From a bacterium (lineage in GTDB: Bacteria > SAR324 > NAC60-12), in NCBI GenBank assembly GCA_965209155.1, contig OZ242383.1, positions 2,944,001-3,008,000 of the forward strand: 64,000 nt of DNA. Reading direction: 5' to 3'. The position numbers were made by a program, and so were the translations under genes. Below the pieces are notes generated by a model that ran no database searches, was not told the DNA's origin, and worked only from the letters and a program-made list of their open reading frames with translations. Within the stretch, counting starts at the first letter, position 1; the number at the start of each line of letters is the position of its first letter. Shown one piece after another: positions 1-11,100 of this stretch.

Positions 1-1344
1 TTCATGGAATTTTTGGTCTAAGAATTTCTTCCAGGCCTGACGGGCCTTAAAAAAATTTTCCTGATGGAAATAGATGTATCCGATAATAAAATGAACAAAG
101 GGATATTGTTCTGGAAAATCTCTGCTCAATTCCTCCAGATCTCGCAATCCTCCGATATAGTCAATGGAATTGGGATTGAATCGGAGAAGCCCTTCATAGG
201 CTTCGAAAGCTTTTTTATAATTGTTCATGCGCAAATAAGTGATTCCAATGTTCATACGAGCATAACTCAACCCGGCATCCAACTGCAGCGCTTTTTCTCC
301 ATAATATACAGCCTTTTCATAGTCCCCCAACAAATAATAACCCCATCCCAGATTGCCGTGTATGAAAGGGTCTTCGATGTACTGTAGCGCTTGTTGATAG
401 GAGTCTATGGATCTTCGAACCAGGGAAAGGTCGTATTTCGCCAGTCCATCCGGTTGCAGTTTATATCCCTGGAAATAGTAAATGGTGGCAATTTCCTGAT
501 GAAGCAACCCTAACTCCTGGGGATCGTCTGTTTCATTCAAACCGCTTTGCAGGGCATCCAGGGCATCCGAATGCAGCCGCAGATTGTGCATCCCCCGCCC
601 CACTAAATAATAATATTGGCTCTTGCCTTGAATGACTTGATTTGAAATACGCGGATAACGCAAACGATTCAAAATATCAATCCAGTGATCTTCTAACGTG
701 ACCGGCCCTTCTTTCCGAGAGGAAAAAAGATCTAAGAATTCATCCATCTGGCGGCTCAGAATCGACCACAACTCTCCCTGTTCCAATGCATAACGTTGTC
801 CCGATGGCCGTCCTGTTGTCCAAAATCGCTCCCACCAGGATGAGGCTTCTTGAGATTCTCTCTCTTGCTGTTGTAAGGACATCAACAACATTTCGGAGAG
901 GTCAAATTGCCGGGGAAAGAGAAGCACGATCATACAGTAAAGGCAGATCAAAATGAGCATTGTCGATCCAACAGTCTTCCACAATACAGCATGGAGAGAC
1001 CGGGCGGGCCTTTGGGAGTCGGGAAAAATTCTCAAGGTGATCGATCGCTCCCAAGCTTGTTTTGCCTGCTCAGGAGCGTGATTGTCATAGAGTTTATTTC
1101 CCAGACGATAATACCCTTCCGCACTCTCATGGGGATTTTGCTTTGCCAGTAATTCCAGTTGAGATATCGCCTGTTCGTATTTTGTCCTGAAACTCAGCTT
1201 TTGTGTTCGCTTCACTTTGTTTTGCTTGTTTGAATTTTTTTCCTCTCCCAAACTGAGCGGTTTGATCGACTTAACACTGCTGATTATTGGCAGTACCAAC
1301 CGTTGATACCCTGTCCGTAGAATTTTTTTCATACTCTGCCGCAT
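1..1344 (-). CDS. TPR-repeat membrane protein, runs off the window start (partial)
   Basis: Hand-translated open frame from ATG at 1344 (MRQSMKKILR...) to base 1. TPR-like motifs (GNLGWGYYLLGDYEKA, MNIGITYLRMNNYKKA) and one hydrophobic segment. Not in the ORF track because no stop lies in the window. Confidence 0.8.
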   Translation of the reverse strand, partial: MRQSMKKILRTGYQRLVLPIISSVKSIKPLSLGEEKNSNKQNKVKRTQKLSFRTKYEQAISQLELLAKQNPHESAEGYYRLGNKLYDNHAPEQAKQAWERSITLRIFPDSQRPARSLHAVLWKTVGSTMLILICLYCMIVLLFPRQFDLSEMLLMSLQQQERESQEASSWWERFWTTGRPSGQRYALEQGELWSILSRQMDEFLDLFSSRKEGPVTLEDHWIDILNRLRYPRISNQVIQGKSQYYYLVGRGMHNLRLHSDALDALQSGLNETDDPQELGLLHQEIATIYYFQGYKLQPDGLAKYDLSLVRRSIDSYQQALQYIEDPFIHGNLGWGYYLLGDYEKAVYYGEKALQLDAGLSYARMNIGITYLRMNNYKKAFEAYEGLLRFNPNSIDYIGGLRDLEELSRDFPEQYPFVHFIIGYIYFHQENFFKARQAWKKFLDQKFHE

Positions 1345-1557
1345 AGGAATTCAAGTATTACGCAAGACGATATCTTCTGAAAAAAGGCATGTAAAGGGAA
1401 ATTTACGAAGCATTTATTTGATTTTTTAGCGGGTTTCCTGAGGGGATGGGGAAGAGATTCATTATCTCTTGTTGCACTTGATAACCAGTTTGTTTATAAA
1501 CCAAGGATCTTGAATCGGTTCAAGCGTTGCAGATTATCAACTATTAATGATAAACGG

Positions 1558-1647
1558 TTTGTAGTAGAAATCGGGGCATCCGCTTGCGGCAAGACAACCC
1601 TGCAAAATGTTTTTGCTGGATTTTTAAAGCCTGCGAAAGGGATAATA
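1558..1647 (+). pseudogene. Fragment of an ABC transporter ATP-binding subunit (Walker A region only)
   Basis: FVVEIGASACGKTTLQNVFAGFLKPAKGII resembles the ABC ATPase motif GxSGCGKTTLLNxxAGFxxPxxG; no ABC signature or Walker B follows. Confidence 0.6.
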
Positions 1648-1719
1648 TTTTACCTAGCCGAGTCCAAGCGGCGCAGGGAAGCAGCAGGCGCTCCCCCCGT
1701 TTTATATGCCAATCATCAA

Positions 1720-2409
1720 TTATTCCCGGGTCATTCCGAGTAGACTGAGCAAATGGATGAACAAATTAAATATATCCAGAAACAACGATACCGTTGCACT
1801 GACATAATCTTCGGTGCTGTAACGACGTATTATGTTGGACGTGTCATATAAAATAAAACAGCTGAACAACAACACGCCAGCAGCAGAAAACACAAAGTGC
1901 ATTACTGAGCTTTGCAGGAAGATATTGATCAGTCCTCCTACTATCAGGATGATCAATCCAGTTATTAAAAATCCCGACATGAAGCTGAAATCTTTTTTGG
2001 ATATGATCACATAAGCTGTTAATCCGATAAAGGTGATTGTTGTCAGCGCCAGCGCTTCCACTACGACCCCTCCAGCTCCCGCAGCAATATACATGCTCAG
2101 CATGGGACCAATCATCAGCCCCGCAATTGTCGTAAAGCTGAAGAGAGCAACCATGTTCAGACCTGGTTTGCGTTGGGCGTACATCAGGAAAAAGAAGGCG
2201 CCAATGAATAATACGAAGGTCAGCCATCCCGCGGAAGCGACAACCGGCAATAAGGGTCCCATTCCCAAAAAAGCTCCGACTGTTGCCGATAACAACGATG
2301 CGGCCAGCAATCCGTATACTTTTTTAAGAAACGCGAGGCGCTCTCCTACAGAAACGCTGGCAGCTGTTTGTATATTTCGATATGGAACTGTTTCTTCTCG
2401 ACCAAACAT
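1720..2409 (-). CDS. Bax inhibitor-1/YccA family membrane protein
   Basis: About 7 TM segments; FLKKVYGLL, ILYDTSNI and LFLDIFNLF motifs. Confidence 0.92.
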   Translation of the reverse strand: MFGREETVPYRNIQTAASVSVGERLAFLKKVYGLLAASLLSATVGAFLGMGPLLPVVASAGWLTFVLFIGAFFFLMYAQRKPGLNMVALFSFTTIAGLMIGPMLSMYIAAGAGGVVVEALALTTITFIGLTAYVIISKKDFSFMSGFLITGLIILIVGGLINIFLQSSVMHFVFSAAGVLLFSCFILYDTSNIIRRYSTEDYVSATVSLFLDIFNLFIHLLSLLGMTRE

Positions 2410-2495
2410 ATATTTCTCCTCAAATTGTATTTGTTAATGATTTTTTAAAAAACTTATTTCCTTAAATAATACCATGGCTTATCGTTAAAACAAAG

Positions 2496-3335
2496 CTAGT
2501 GATTATCATACGCCAAATAGGCTTTCAGAAAAACCAACACTTTTGCAGAAAAAAGGGGGCCCCGTCGATATAAAAATTGCTGGGCGGAAGTGTAATCGTG
2601 TAAATAAACTCTCTTTCCCATTTTCAATTCCCCATTGGAGTCGCGAACAGGCGGCCTTTCGGCGTTTGCGTCCTGGACCAGCATTTGAAAATCAATGGCT
2701 TCGATTTCTGCGGATAATCCTGTTGCAACCCGTGTCAAAGGCAATTGGTACAAAGGTTCAATAAGATGGAATCCTAAAAAGTTAGCCAAAGCAATGTATT
2801 TTTCGTCCTCTTGCGTAATCACCCAATTTATGAATTCACGACGAAGATTTTCAAAATCCGGATGCGATGTATTTATTTCACTCGCCGAAACTGCTTTGTT
2901 TTCCACATAATCTTTCGCAAGTACAACACAGAATTGAATAAAACTATTGCTATTCAATAAAGGTTCGTATTTGAAGAATCGAGTTGAAAATTCATTCAAG
3001 ACCTCACGACCCATTTTGAACTGGTCCAATCGCTCCAGATCAATCTCCATTTCCTCGATCCTCGCCAATAACATGTCGTTTTCAGTTTGCAGGAAATGCT
3101 GGATGTTGACGTTTTCACTTTCTTCGGGAAGGTCTTCTGAAAATGATGAGGAAATGGACTCATCTTTTGTATCGAAGGAAGGATCAAGGCTGATTTCCAG
3201 AGGAGATTTCTGTTGTGCTTTCCAGTAGGAATACAAATAGTATCCACCCACCACCAAACCTGCGATCATGACGAATATAAATACATTCATTCCCCATGAG
3301 GTTTGATTTTTTGTTGAAGCTTGCATGAAATTCAC
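2496..3335 (-). CDS. Hypothetical protein with N-terminal membrane anchor
   Basis: 279-aa ORF with GAGGAG RBS, co-oriented with argG; N-terminal TM then a coiled-coil-like stretch. Confidence 0.7.
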   Translation of the reverse strand: MNFMQASTKNQTSWGMNVFIFVMIAGLVVGGYYLYSYWKAQQKSPLEISLDPSFDTKDESISSSFSEDLPEESENVNIQHFLQTENDMLLARIEEMEIDLERLDQFKMGREVLNEFSTRFFKYEPLLNSNSFIQFCVVLAKDYVENKAVSASEINTSHPDFENLRREFINWVITQEDEKYIALANFLGFHLIEPLYQLPLTRVATGLSAEIEAIDFQMLVQDANAERPPVRDSNGELKMGKRVYLHDYTSAQQFLYRRGPLFSAKVLVFLKAYLAYDNH

Positions 3336-3346
3336 TCCTCATAAGA

Positions 3347-4576
3347 TCAGGAATCCTTTTTATTCAAGACCTTATGATGTATTTTCAAAGGCAATGCGTT
3401 CAATTTGATAAATCCCACGGCATCCTGAGGATTATAAATCCCTCCATCCGCTTCCATAGTCGCTATATCCGCATCATACAAACTGCAGGGGGAACGTCTT
3501 CCTGTCACCATGCAATTACCTTTATATAACTCCAAACGCACAGTGCCTGTGACATTTTCCTGGGTTTGGTGAACCATGTTCAACAAAATCCGCATCTCTG
3601 GAGAAAACCAGAAGCCATTATAAACCAAACCGGCAAAGCGAGGCATGAGAGAATCTTTCAGCCGGATCACGTCACGGTCCAGTGTGATCGATTCCATGGC
3701 ACGGTGGGCGATGTGGAGAATGGTACCCCCTGGTGTTTCATAGACCCCCCGATTTTTCATGCCAATAAAACGAGATTCCACCATGTCGATGCGACCTATA
3801 CCATGCATTCCTCCAATCAGGTTGAGACGTGCTAATAATTTTTCGGGAGAATGCGCTTGACCATCGACCGCTACGGGGACTCCGGCTTCAAAATCTATGA
3901 GGATTTCTTGGGTTTGCTCAGGAGCATCCTGTGGGGATCGAGTCAGTTCAAACATATCTTGATCAGGCGCCTGCCATGGATCTTCCAGCATGCCCGATTC
4001 AAAGCTGATATGCATCAAATTTTCATCAGAACTCCAAGGCCGTTCCTGAGTAGCCTTGACGAGGATCTGGTGGGTTTCGGCATATGCCAGTAATTCAGCC
4101 CGGCCTGGATATTTCATGTAAAATTCTGGCATTTTCCAAGGCGCAACGACGCGTATTTCCGGATTGAGGGAGTAGTATGAAAGTTCAAAACGCACCTGGT
4201 CATTTCCTTTTCCGGTTGCCCCGTGCGCAACGGCGGTGGCTCCTTTTTGAGCTGCGACTTCAATTTGCTTTTTAGCAATTAAAGGACGGGCCAGCGAGGT
4301 TCCCAGCAAATAGGTACCTTCATACACTGCATTCCATTGAAGCGCCGGGATAATATAATCCCGCACAAATTCCTCTTCAACATTTTCAATCAATACTTCC
4401 TTAGCGCCCGCTTGCAGTCCTTTCAGTCGGATCTCATTCAGGTCTTCTACTTTTTGCCCCAAATCCAAACATAAGGCAATCACTTCATATTCCTGCGCAT
4501 TGAGCCAGTGAGCCAATACGGAAGTGTCCAATCCACCTGAGTAGGCTAACACCAATTTTTCTTTTGACATGTTCAA
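3347..4576 (-). CDS. argG: Argininosuccinate synthase
   Basis: LAYSGGLDTS, HGATGKGNDQVRF and RGVYETPGG motifs. Confidence 0.98.
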   Translation of the reverse strand: MNMSKEKLVLAYSGGLDTSVLAHWLNAQEYEVIALCLDLGQKVEDLNEIRLKGLQAGAKEVLIENVEEEFVRDYIIPALQWNAVYEGTYLLGTSLARPLIAKKQIEVAAQKGATAVAHGATGKGNDQVRFELSYYSLNPEIRVVAPWKMPEFYMKYPGRAELLAYAETHQILVKATQERPWSSDENLMHISFESGMLEDPWQAPDQDMFELTRSPQDAPEQTQEILIDFEAGVPVAVDGQAHSPEKLLARLNLIGGMHGIGRIDMVESRFIGMKNRGVYETPGGTILHIAHRAMESITLDRDVIRLKDSLMPRFAGLVYNGFWFSPEMRILLNMVHQTQENVTGTVRLELYKGNCMVTGRRSPCSLYDADIATMEADGGIYNPQDAVGFIKLNALPLKIHHKVLNKKDS

Positions 4577-4633
4577 TCTTTTCGAGAATGGGTCGATAGG
4601 ATGATTTATTCTACTGTGCGTTTTCAGCCGGGG

Positions 4634-5581
4634 TCAAAATTCCTGCTCTGCCAACCAGCGCTCCGCATCCATGGCAGCCATACACCCGCTTCCGGCAGCT
4701 GTAACTGCTTGACGATATACATGATCTTGCACATCTCCGCAAGCAAATACTCCCTCAACCGAAGTATGAGAGGTACCGGGTTTTACGACAACATAGCCAT
4801 TTTCATCCAGGATTAATTGATTGCGAAACAAGGAAGTGTTGGGGATGTGTCCTATGGCAACAAACAATCCGGTGAATGGGTATGTTTTCACCTTGCGGGA
4901 TCCCAGATCTCTCACTTTCAGTGCTGTCATTCCTCTTTGTTCATCTCCAAGGACTTCCTCGACTACTGAGTTCCAGATAAATTCAATTTTTTCATGCTTA
5001 AAAGCTCGTTGCTGCATGATTTGACTGGCACGAAGTGTCTCCCGTCTGTGAATGACATGCACGCTTTTACATAGATTGGCCAGATAGAGGGCTTCTTCCA
5101 TTGCAGTATCTCCCCCTCCGACCACCGCCACATCCTGTTGCCGGAAAAAAAAGCCGTCACAAGTTGCGCAGGCGGAGACCCCCTTATTTTTGAAGTGTTC
5201 TTCTGATTCCAATCCCAACCATCGTGCTGAAGCACCTGTGGAAATAATCAAGGCGTCACAATTGAGTGAGGAATCGGCAGTCGTCAATTGAAAGGGGTGT
5301 TGCGACAAGTCCGCTTTTTCAACTTCACCCGTATAAAAATGGGTCCCGAATCGTGCAGCCTGAGCCCGGAACAAATCCATCATCTCGGGTCCTTGTAATC
5401 CGTCAGGGAAGCCCGGATAATTTTCAACGTCAGTTGTAATAGTTAATTGACCACCAGGTTCCAATCCCGAAACAACTGCAGGCTGCAAATTGGCGCGTGC
5501 TGCATAAATTGCTGCAGTCAGACCGGCAGGCCCCGAACCCAAAATGAGTACTTTGTGATGTTGCAGATCAGAATTTTTCAT
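4634..5581 (-). CDS. trxB: Thioredoxin-disulfide reductase
   Basis: GSGPAG, CATCDG, GGGDTAMEEA and YRQAVTAAGSGC motifs. Confidence 0.98.
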   Translation of the reverse strand: MKNSDLQHHKVLILGSGPAGLTAAIYAARANLQPAVVSGLEPGGQLTITTDVENYPGFPDGLQGPEMMDLFRAQAARFGTHFYTGEVEKADLSQHPFQLTTADSSLNCDALIISTGASARWLGLESEEHFKNKGVSACATCDGFFFRQQDVAVVGGGDTAMEEALYLANLCKSVHVIHRRETLRASQIMQQRAFKHEKIEFIWNSVVEEVLGDEQRGMTALKVRDLGSRKVKTYPFTGLFVAIGHIPNTSLFRNQLILDENGYVVVKPGTSHTSVEGVFACGDVQDHVYRQAVTAAGSGCMAAMDAERWLAEQEF

Positions 5582-5604
5582 AATCAGGGTTTCCTGGATA
5601 ATGA

Positions 5605-6501
5605 TTAATGTGGCGGCTCCCTTCGATCAGAAACCTCATCGCCAGAAGTCTTAAAAGTCGGATCCCATAGTTTTTCGTATGCTTGATAGACTTCGGGCGC
5701 CTGGCGTCTGAGCAACTTTTGAGCTTCCTCCACTCTATCAAACTGCCCACGGATTTTCATTTTATGGATTCGCATGACCGCATCATAAATTTTCAGTGCT
5801 GCCACATGTTCTAAATTCTCACCTCGGATTTGAGGACACTCCAATTCCGGCATTCCTTGCCGAATCCATTCATAAATCGGTGCCATATAAGGTCCCTCTT
5901 CAACAATCAGCTGCTTAAAATCCACATCCTTGACCACAAGCGATTTCAGTAAGGAGGGAGCTATCATCCAGGCTTTGACAAAAAACAGCTTTGCCTGAAA
6001 TCTATCCCTCGCCTGCCATAATGCGTTAGCATAATGAACCAAAAGGCAGGGTTCATAGGGATATCTCTCCAATAGTGGAGCAAATGCTTCTACTGCACGA
6101 GAATATTCCTCCAATTTACAATAAATCTCTCCAAGACAGAGTCCCGAATCACTGAATAAATGGTTATCAAAACGCTCTACGTCTTGAGCCAGTTTTCTCA
6201 ACAAGGCTTGCTTCAAAACTGACGCATATGCAGTTGCGCCAAAATCATATTCACAAATGGATTGCCACAACAACTCACAAGCTCTTACTCGATCCAATCG
6301 CCTTTGTTTTCTGAAAATCGATGCCCAATCACGGCAGAGAACAACCCCGTGTTGCGCTTCCTGGTGAGTATCGAATTGCCGTAATACCTCTCGAAAAAGT
6401 CGCAGAGCATTTTCAAAATCCAATTGTCTCAGGGTATCAAACCCACATGCAATCAGATCAGATTCTGGTGAGAAAAGTTCTAACTGTTGCAGGTTTGCCA
6501 T
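5605..6501 (-). CDS. TPR-like hypothetical protein
   Basis: 298-aa helical ORF with TPR-like segments (LGEIYCKLEEYSRAVEAF, YANALWQARDRFQAK). Confidence 0.7.
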   Translation of the reverse strand: MANLQQLELFSPESDLIACGFDTLRQLDFENALRLFREVLRQFDTHQEAQHGVVLCRDWASIFRKQRRLDRVRACELLWQSICEYDFGATAYASVLKQALLRKLAQDVERFDNHLFSDSGLCLGEIYCKLEEYSRAVEAFAPLLERYPYEPCLLVHYANALWQARDRFQAKLFFVKAWMIAPSLLKSLVVKDVDFKQLIVEEGPYMAPIYEWIRQGMPELECPQIRGENLEHVAALKIYDAVMRIHKMKIRGQFDRVEEAQKLLRRQAPEVYQAYEKLWDPTFKTSGDEVSDRREPPH

Positions 6502-6616
6502 GAAAGGGAAACGTGTATCTTGGCACGGTAACTGGAGAGGGAATTGCTAAATCAGGTAACAATCTAGCAAACTCTGAAAAAAAGTCAAAATCCTTTTTCC
6601 CTCAACTTTCTCCTCG

Positions 6617-6955
6617 TTGCCAGGCAGCATTTTTTCTTATATTTTGTCAGGGAACAAATATGGTTGCTCCGCTTTGGGGTTTAACATTGCATCCTGCATC
6701 CTCGGTTCCATAGGGATTGGTCTGGAAGATAAAACCATTGTGCTTTACCTCAGCGCATTGGATATTTATATCGAAAATGCCAGACAAAACGAGGAGTTTT
6801 CGGAACTGTATTTTACCTTGAAGATTTCTGTAAACGATGATCTTTGTGATCTGGTCGATAACGAAGTATATTATCAAATCCAATACGAACTGAATCACAC
6901 CAATTCTGATTTTTTGGGAAAAATCTTTACTTTCTCCGTCAATGCAGGACGATAA
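6617..6955 (+). CDS. Hypothetical protein (start uncertain)
   Basis: 112-aa acidic ORF in an otherwise empty interval; no recognisable motif. Confidence 0.35.
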   Translation: MPGSIFSYILSGNKYGCSALGFNIASCILGSIGIGLEDKTIVLYLSALDIYIENARQNEEFSELYFTLKISVNDDLCDLVDNEVYYQIQYELNHTNSDFLGKIFTFSVNAGR

Positions 6956-7267
6956 ATAGAGGAAATGCTGCGACAATGATAATCAAAAGACTTACGAATG
7001 GTAACATTGCGCTTGATTCTATATCTGTCTCAAGAGTAATAGTGCAGGATCTTCAACGCTGTACTCTGGACGTGTTTCATCCCTCTTGAAAGTTTTAATG
7101 ATCGTTTTGCTTTCCCTCGTCACGCGCATCGCAATCATCAGTCGCAGGGATTGACCACATCGGATTAATCCATCTTTCCTGGTATTCAGGGAGACATTTG
7201 ACTTGCAAAAGGAGGCTGGGACTCTCCGGCTTCAGCACTAACTATCAACAACTAAGGACGCGTTTTT

Positions 7268-7984
7268 ATGCCCGCGGCAGTACTGATTACCGGAGCTTCA
7301 CGTCGAATTGGAAAAGCGATTGCGCATGGATTGGCCCAGGATGGGTACAACGTCTTGTTACATTATTTCCATTCGGTGGAAGCAGCCAGAGAAACAGCGA
7401 AAAAAATAAAAACCAGTGGCGTTGACTGCCATTTGCTCAAGGCAGATCTTTCCAGTTCTCGCCAGGTTCAAGAGTTGCTCCGTCAATCTTTTCAACTCGA
7501 ACCGCATTGCAACCTGCTGATCAACAATGCGGCCGTGTTTGAAGCAGGTTCTTTGATGAATACCACGGAAATCTTGTTGGAGCGCACATGGCAAGTGAAT
7601 TTGAAAGCACCATGGTTGCTGACCCGGGGATTTGGCCGATTCTGTTCTGCGGAAGGAAGCATTGTCAATTTACTCGACACACGGATTACTCAATACTCCT
7701 CGACTCACTTTGCCTATTCTCTGAGCAAGAAAATGCTCTATGAATTGACCAAAATGGCAGCACTGGAATTGGCGCCGCGTATCCGGGTAAATGGTATTTG
7801 TCCCGGATTTATCCTTCCTCCGGAAGGAAAAGGTTCTCATTTTCTGAAAATGAAAAGCGAAGAAATTCCGCTCAAGCATTGCGGCAATGTAGACGACGTA
7901 GTGCGCGCCGTTCGTTTTCTACGGGATAGCGACTTTGTCACGGGCGATTGCTTGTTTCTCGATGGCGGTGAACATCTGGGTTAG
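7268..7984 (+). CDS. SDR oxidoreductase, pteridine reductase/FolM-like
   Basis: TGASRRIG (Arg variant typical of PTR1/FolM), NNAAVF, YSLSK, RVNGICPG, DGGEHL. Confidence 0.88.
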   Translation: MPAAVLITGASRRIGKAIAHGLAQDGYNVLLHYFHSVEAARETAKKIKTSGVDCHLLKADLSSSRQVQELLRQSFQLEPHCNLLINNAAVFEAGSLMNTTEILLERTWQVNLKAPWLLTRGFGRFCSAEGSIVNLLDTRITQYSSTHFAYSLSKKMLYELTKMAALELAPRIRVNGICPGFILPPEGKGSHFLKMKSEEIPLKHCGNVDDVVRAVRFLRDSDFVTGDCLFLDGGEHLG

Positions 7985-8034
7985 TACCCGATCCCAACTG
8001 CAAAGCAATCGCCGTACCGAAAAAGTGGATCAAA

Positions 8035-8134
8035 TTGACAGATTGCTTTCTATTTTTTTACTATTTACTCGCTTAATCAATACAATCCAGCTGCTAACGT
8101 TTCAGAGGGATTGCTTTCTATTTGCTATCGCAAT
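8035..8134 (+). promoter_or_regulatory. Sigma70-like promoter and TTGCT(A/T)TC repeat operator upstream of regulator copy 1
   Basis: TTGACA(8035)-N18-TACTAT(8059); ATTGCTTTCTATTT in the spacer and ATTGCTTTCTATTTGCTATCGCAAT at 8110-8134; conserved at 22124-22223. Confidence 0.6.
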
Positions 8135-8146
8135 CAGGCTAGAGTC

Positions 8147-11100
8147 ATGAAAGACAAAATCACTGAACAGGCTGTCGAGTCCCTCAACCCCGGGACTAAA
8201 GACCGTTTCCTATGGGACACCGAGTTGCCAATGTTCGGCTGTAATATAACTCCCAAGGGCAGACGGGTCTACCTCTTGCAATACCGCATCAATGGACGTT
8301 CGAGTCGGTATACCATTGGTATTCATGGGGCATAGACCGACAGGGAGGCCCGAAAAATCGCTAAAAGGCTGCTGCATCATATTGCCCTGGGTCGCGATCC
8401 GGCGGATAGGAAGAAGAATAAAGGGGATCAAACGGATGGTAAGATTCAAAACAGTTCTCAACGCCGCAAGGAGCAGGTTGTTAATCCCAAAACGTCTAAC
8501 ATACGCGTAAATCCGCGTAAATCTGCGGCTAAAGCTAATAAAGTGTCTCCTGTACCTCCAAAACCGGTTGTGAACAAAACGAAGCCCATTTCCGGTCCGG
8601 AAAAACCGGAGATTCCGGGTTATTCGCTGGAGGAGGTCATTTTTGAAAGTGGGCGGACCTAGCTTAGGCGAGGCAGGCGACAAAGCGACGGGCTTTTGGT
8701 TCTGATCAAGGTAGCGGTTTCCGAGCAAAGTGCGCAGGAGCTGGCGGAAATGCGGCATGAGTATGAGATCACCCGGGCTCTCGAGATCAATGGGGTTCTC
8801 AGGGCAGAGGAAGTAGTGCGGTGTGAAAACGGATGGGCTTTGATCCTGGAAAACACAGAAGGGCTCCCTTTAAGAAAGCTGATGGATACCGCCCGCCTTG
8901 ATCTGCTGGACTCGCTTAAGGTAGCGGTTTCACTGACCGGCATCCTGAAAGAAGTGCACCGGTAGGACATCTTGCATAATATGATCAACCCGTTCAATAT
9001 TTTTGTCGATCCGGGAACAAGGACGGTCAAATTGAGCGGCTTCGGCCTGGCCACCCGGCTTCCACGGGAAAATTCGACGACGTTGAGTCCCCGGCTAAGC
9101 AGGGAAACCCTGCCCTATATTTCTCCCGAGCAGACCGGCCGGATGAACCGCCCCCTCGATTATCGCAGTGATTTTTATTCCCTGGGTGCCACCCTTTATG
9201 AACTTTTCAGCGGGAAAGTCCCTTTTGGGTCCCGGGAGGCCATGGAAATCATCCACGCTCACATTGCCCGGCAACCTGTACCGCCTGACGAGATTGAACC
9301 GCAAGTACCCAGAGTCCTTTCTAATATGGTGATGAAACTGGTGGCCAAGCGTGCCGAGGCGCGCTACCAGAGTCACTCGGGCCTTTCAGCCGATCTCCTG
9401 ACATGTCTGGAGCAACTGGAAAACAATGGATACGTGTCCGACTTTCCCCTGGGCCGTCAGGACGTTCCCAAAGAATTGCAGATCGCCCCGGGGCTTTACG
9501 GCAGGGAGGATGAAATCACTGCCCTGGAAGCCGCCCTGGAGCGAGTCAGCCAGGGAGCGACCGAGATGGTGCTGGTCTCGGGAATCGCTGGTGTCGGCAA
9601 AACCGCTCTGGTCGGTGAAATTCACCGGTCCGTTGCCTAAAAAAACGGTTTCTTCCTCTCCGGCAAGTTTGACCAGCTCCGGCACAATATTCCTTACAGT
9701 GCACTGATCCAGGCGCTGCGGGGACTGATCCGTGAGGTATCAGTCAAAGAGAAATCTGGAATGGAGCGTTGGAAAAGCAGGATACGGGCTGCCCTGGGAC
9801 CTAGCGGACAACTGGTGACCCGGGTGATCCCGGAACTGGAACAGGTGATCGGCCCGTAACCCCTGCTGCCGGAAATGGGAGCGCTGGAGTCCCGCAACCG
9901 CTTTACTGCCATTTTACTGGATTTCATCTCTGTTTTCTGTGAAAAAAACCATCCCCTGGTTATTTTTCTGGACGACTTGCAGTGGGTGGACGCCGATACC
10001 CTCAAGCTGGTGGAACGCATTGCTCGGGATCCGGAGAGGAAACCTCTGCTTTTCCTGGGAGCCTATCGCGACAACGAGGTGGAGGCCGATCACCGGTTGT
10101 CGATCAGTTGTGAGGTGATCAAAAAAACTGGCCAGCCGCTGCAGACGATCCCCTTAAAGCCCCTCAACCCGGATGACATCTCACAACTGCTCGTCCATAC
10201 CTGCCACTGCCGTCCTGAGGAGGCCAAACCGCTGGCCGAACTCCTGGCGCGCAAAACCGGCGGCAATCCCTTCTTTGTGGGCCAGTTTTTGACCGTACTC
10301 TCCGAGAAGGAGCTGATCTGCTACTCCCCTGAGGAAAAACGATGGATCTGGGAGCTGGCTGCCATCGAATTCCTGGCGGTGACCGAGAATGTGGTGGCGT
10401 TGCTGGTTGACCGGCTCCACCGGTTTTCCTCTGAAACCAGGAAACTCTTAAGCCTGGCGGCCTGCATCGGCTTTTCCCAGGCCCCGCAGCCGGATAATCC
10501 CCCGGACGGAGCGAGCACGGAGAGCAACAGCTACAAATTCCTGCATGACCGGGTGCAGTAGGCTGCCTATGACCTCATTGCCCAAAAAGAGAAACAGCCG
10601 GTCCATCTTCGCATCGGTCAGGCCCTGCTCAAGCAATACGCTCCGGAGAAAGGTGAAGATCTGCTTTTTGACATCGTCCATCATCTCAACCTGGCCCGGA
10701 GGGTGAAGGATAAATGGAAAGAACGATCGCAGCTGGCAGAACTCAACCTGGAAGCCGGTCGTCAGGCCAGGGCGGCTTCGGCTTTTGAACAGGCCCTGGA
10801 ATATTTTACCGTGGGACTGGAGCTTTTAGGGGATGCCGCCTGGAAACGGCATTACCCCCTGGCCTTATCTCTGCATGAGGAAGCCACGGAGATGTCATGG
10901 CTCTGCGGACGCTTCGAGTTGATGGAGAAGCTAGCCGGTGCCGTAAAAGAAAACGTCCGAGAGGACCCGGACCTGGCTAATGTTTATCAATGCCTGATCA
11001 AGGCGTACACCAACCAGGGTGAATTAAAGAAGGCCCTGAAAACGGGCGAGGAGATTCTGGAGAAACTGGGGTATCAACTGAGCCGTCTGTCTCTCGACCA

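Noticed and set aside
6521..6536. Sigma54 promoter TGGCACGGTAACTGGA
   Set aside because: Good -24 box but poor -12, and the downstream ORF is doubtful.
8147..10702. Stop-codon reassignment or readthrough making regulator copy 1 intact
   Set aside because: The stops replace three different amino acids (Leu, Trp, Gln), neighbouring genes end in TAA/TAG normally, and a conserved segment is also deleted.
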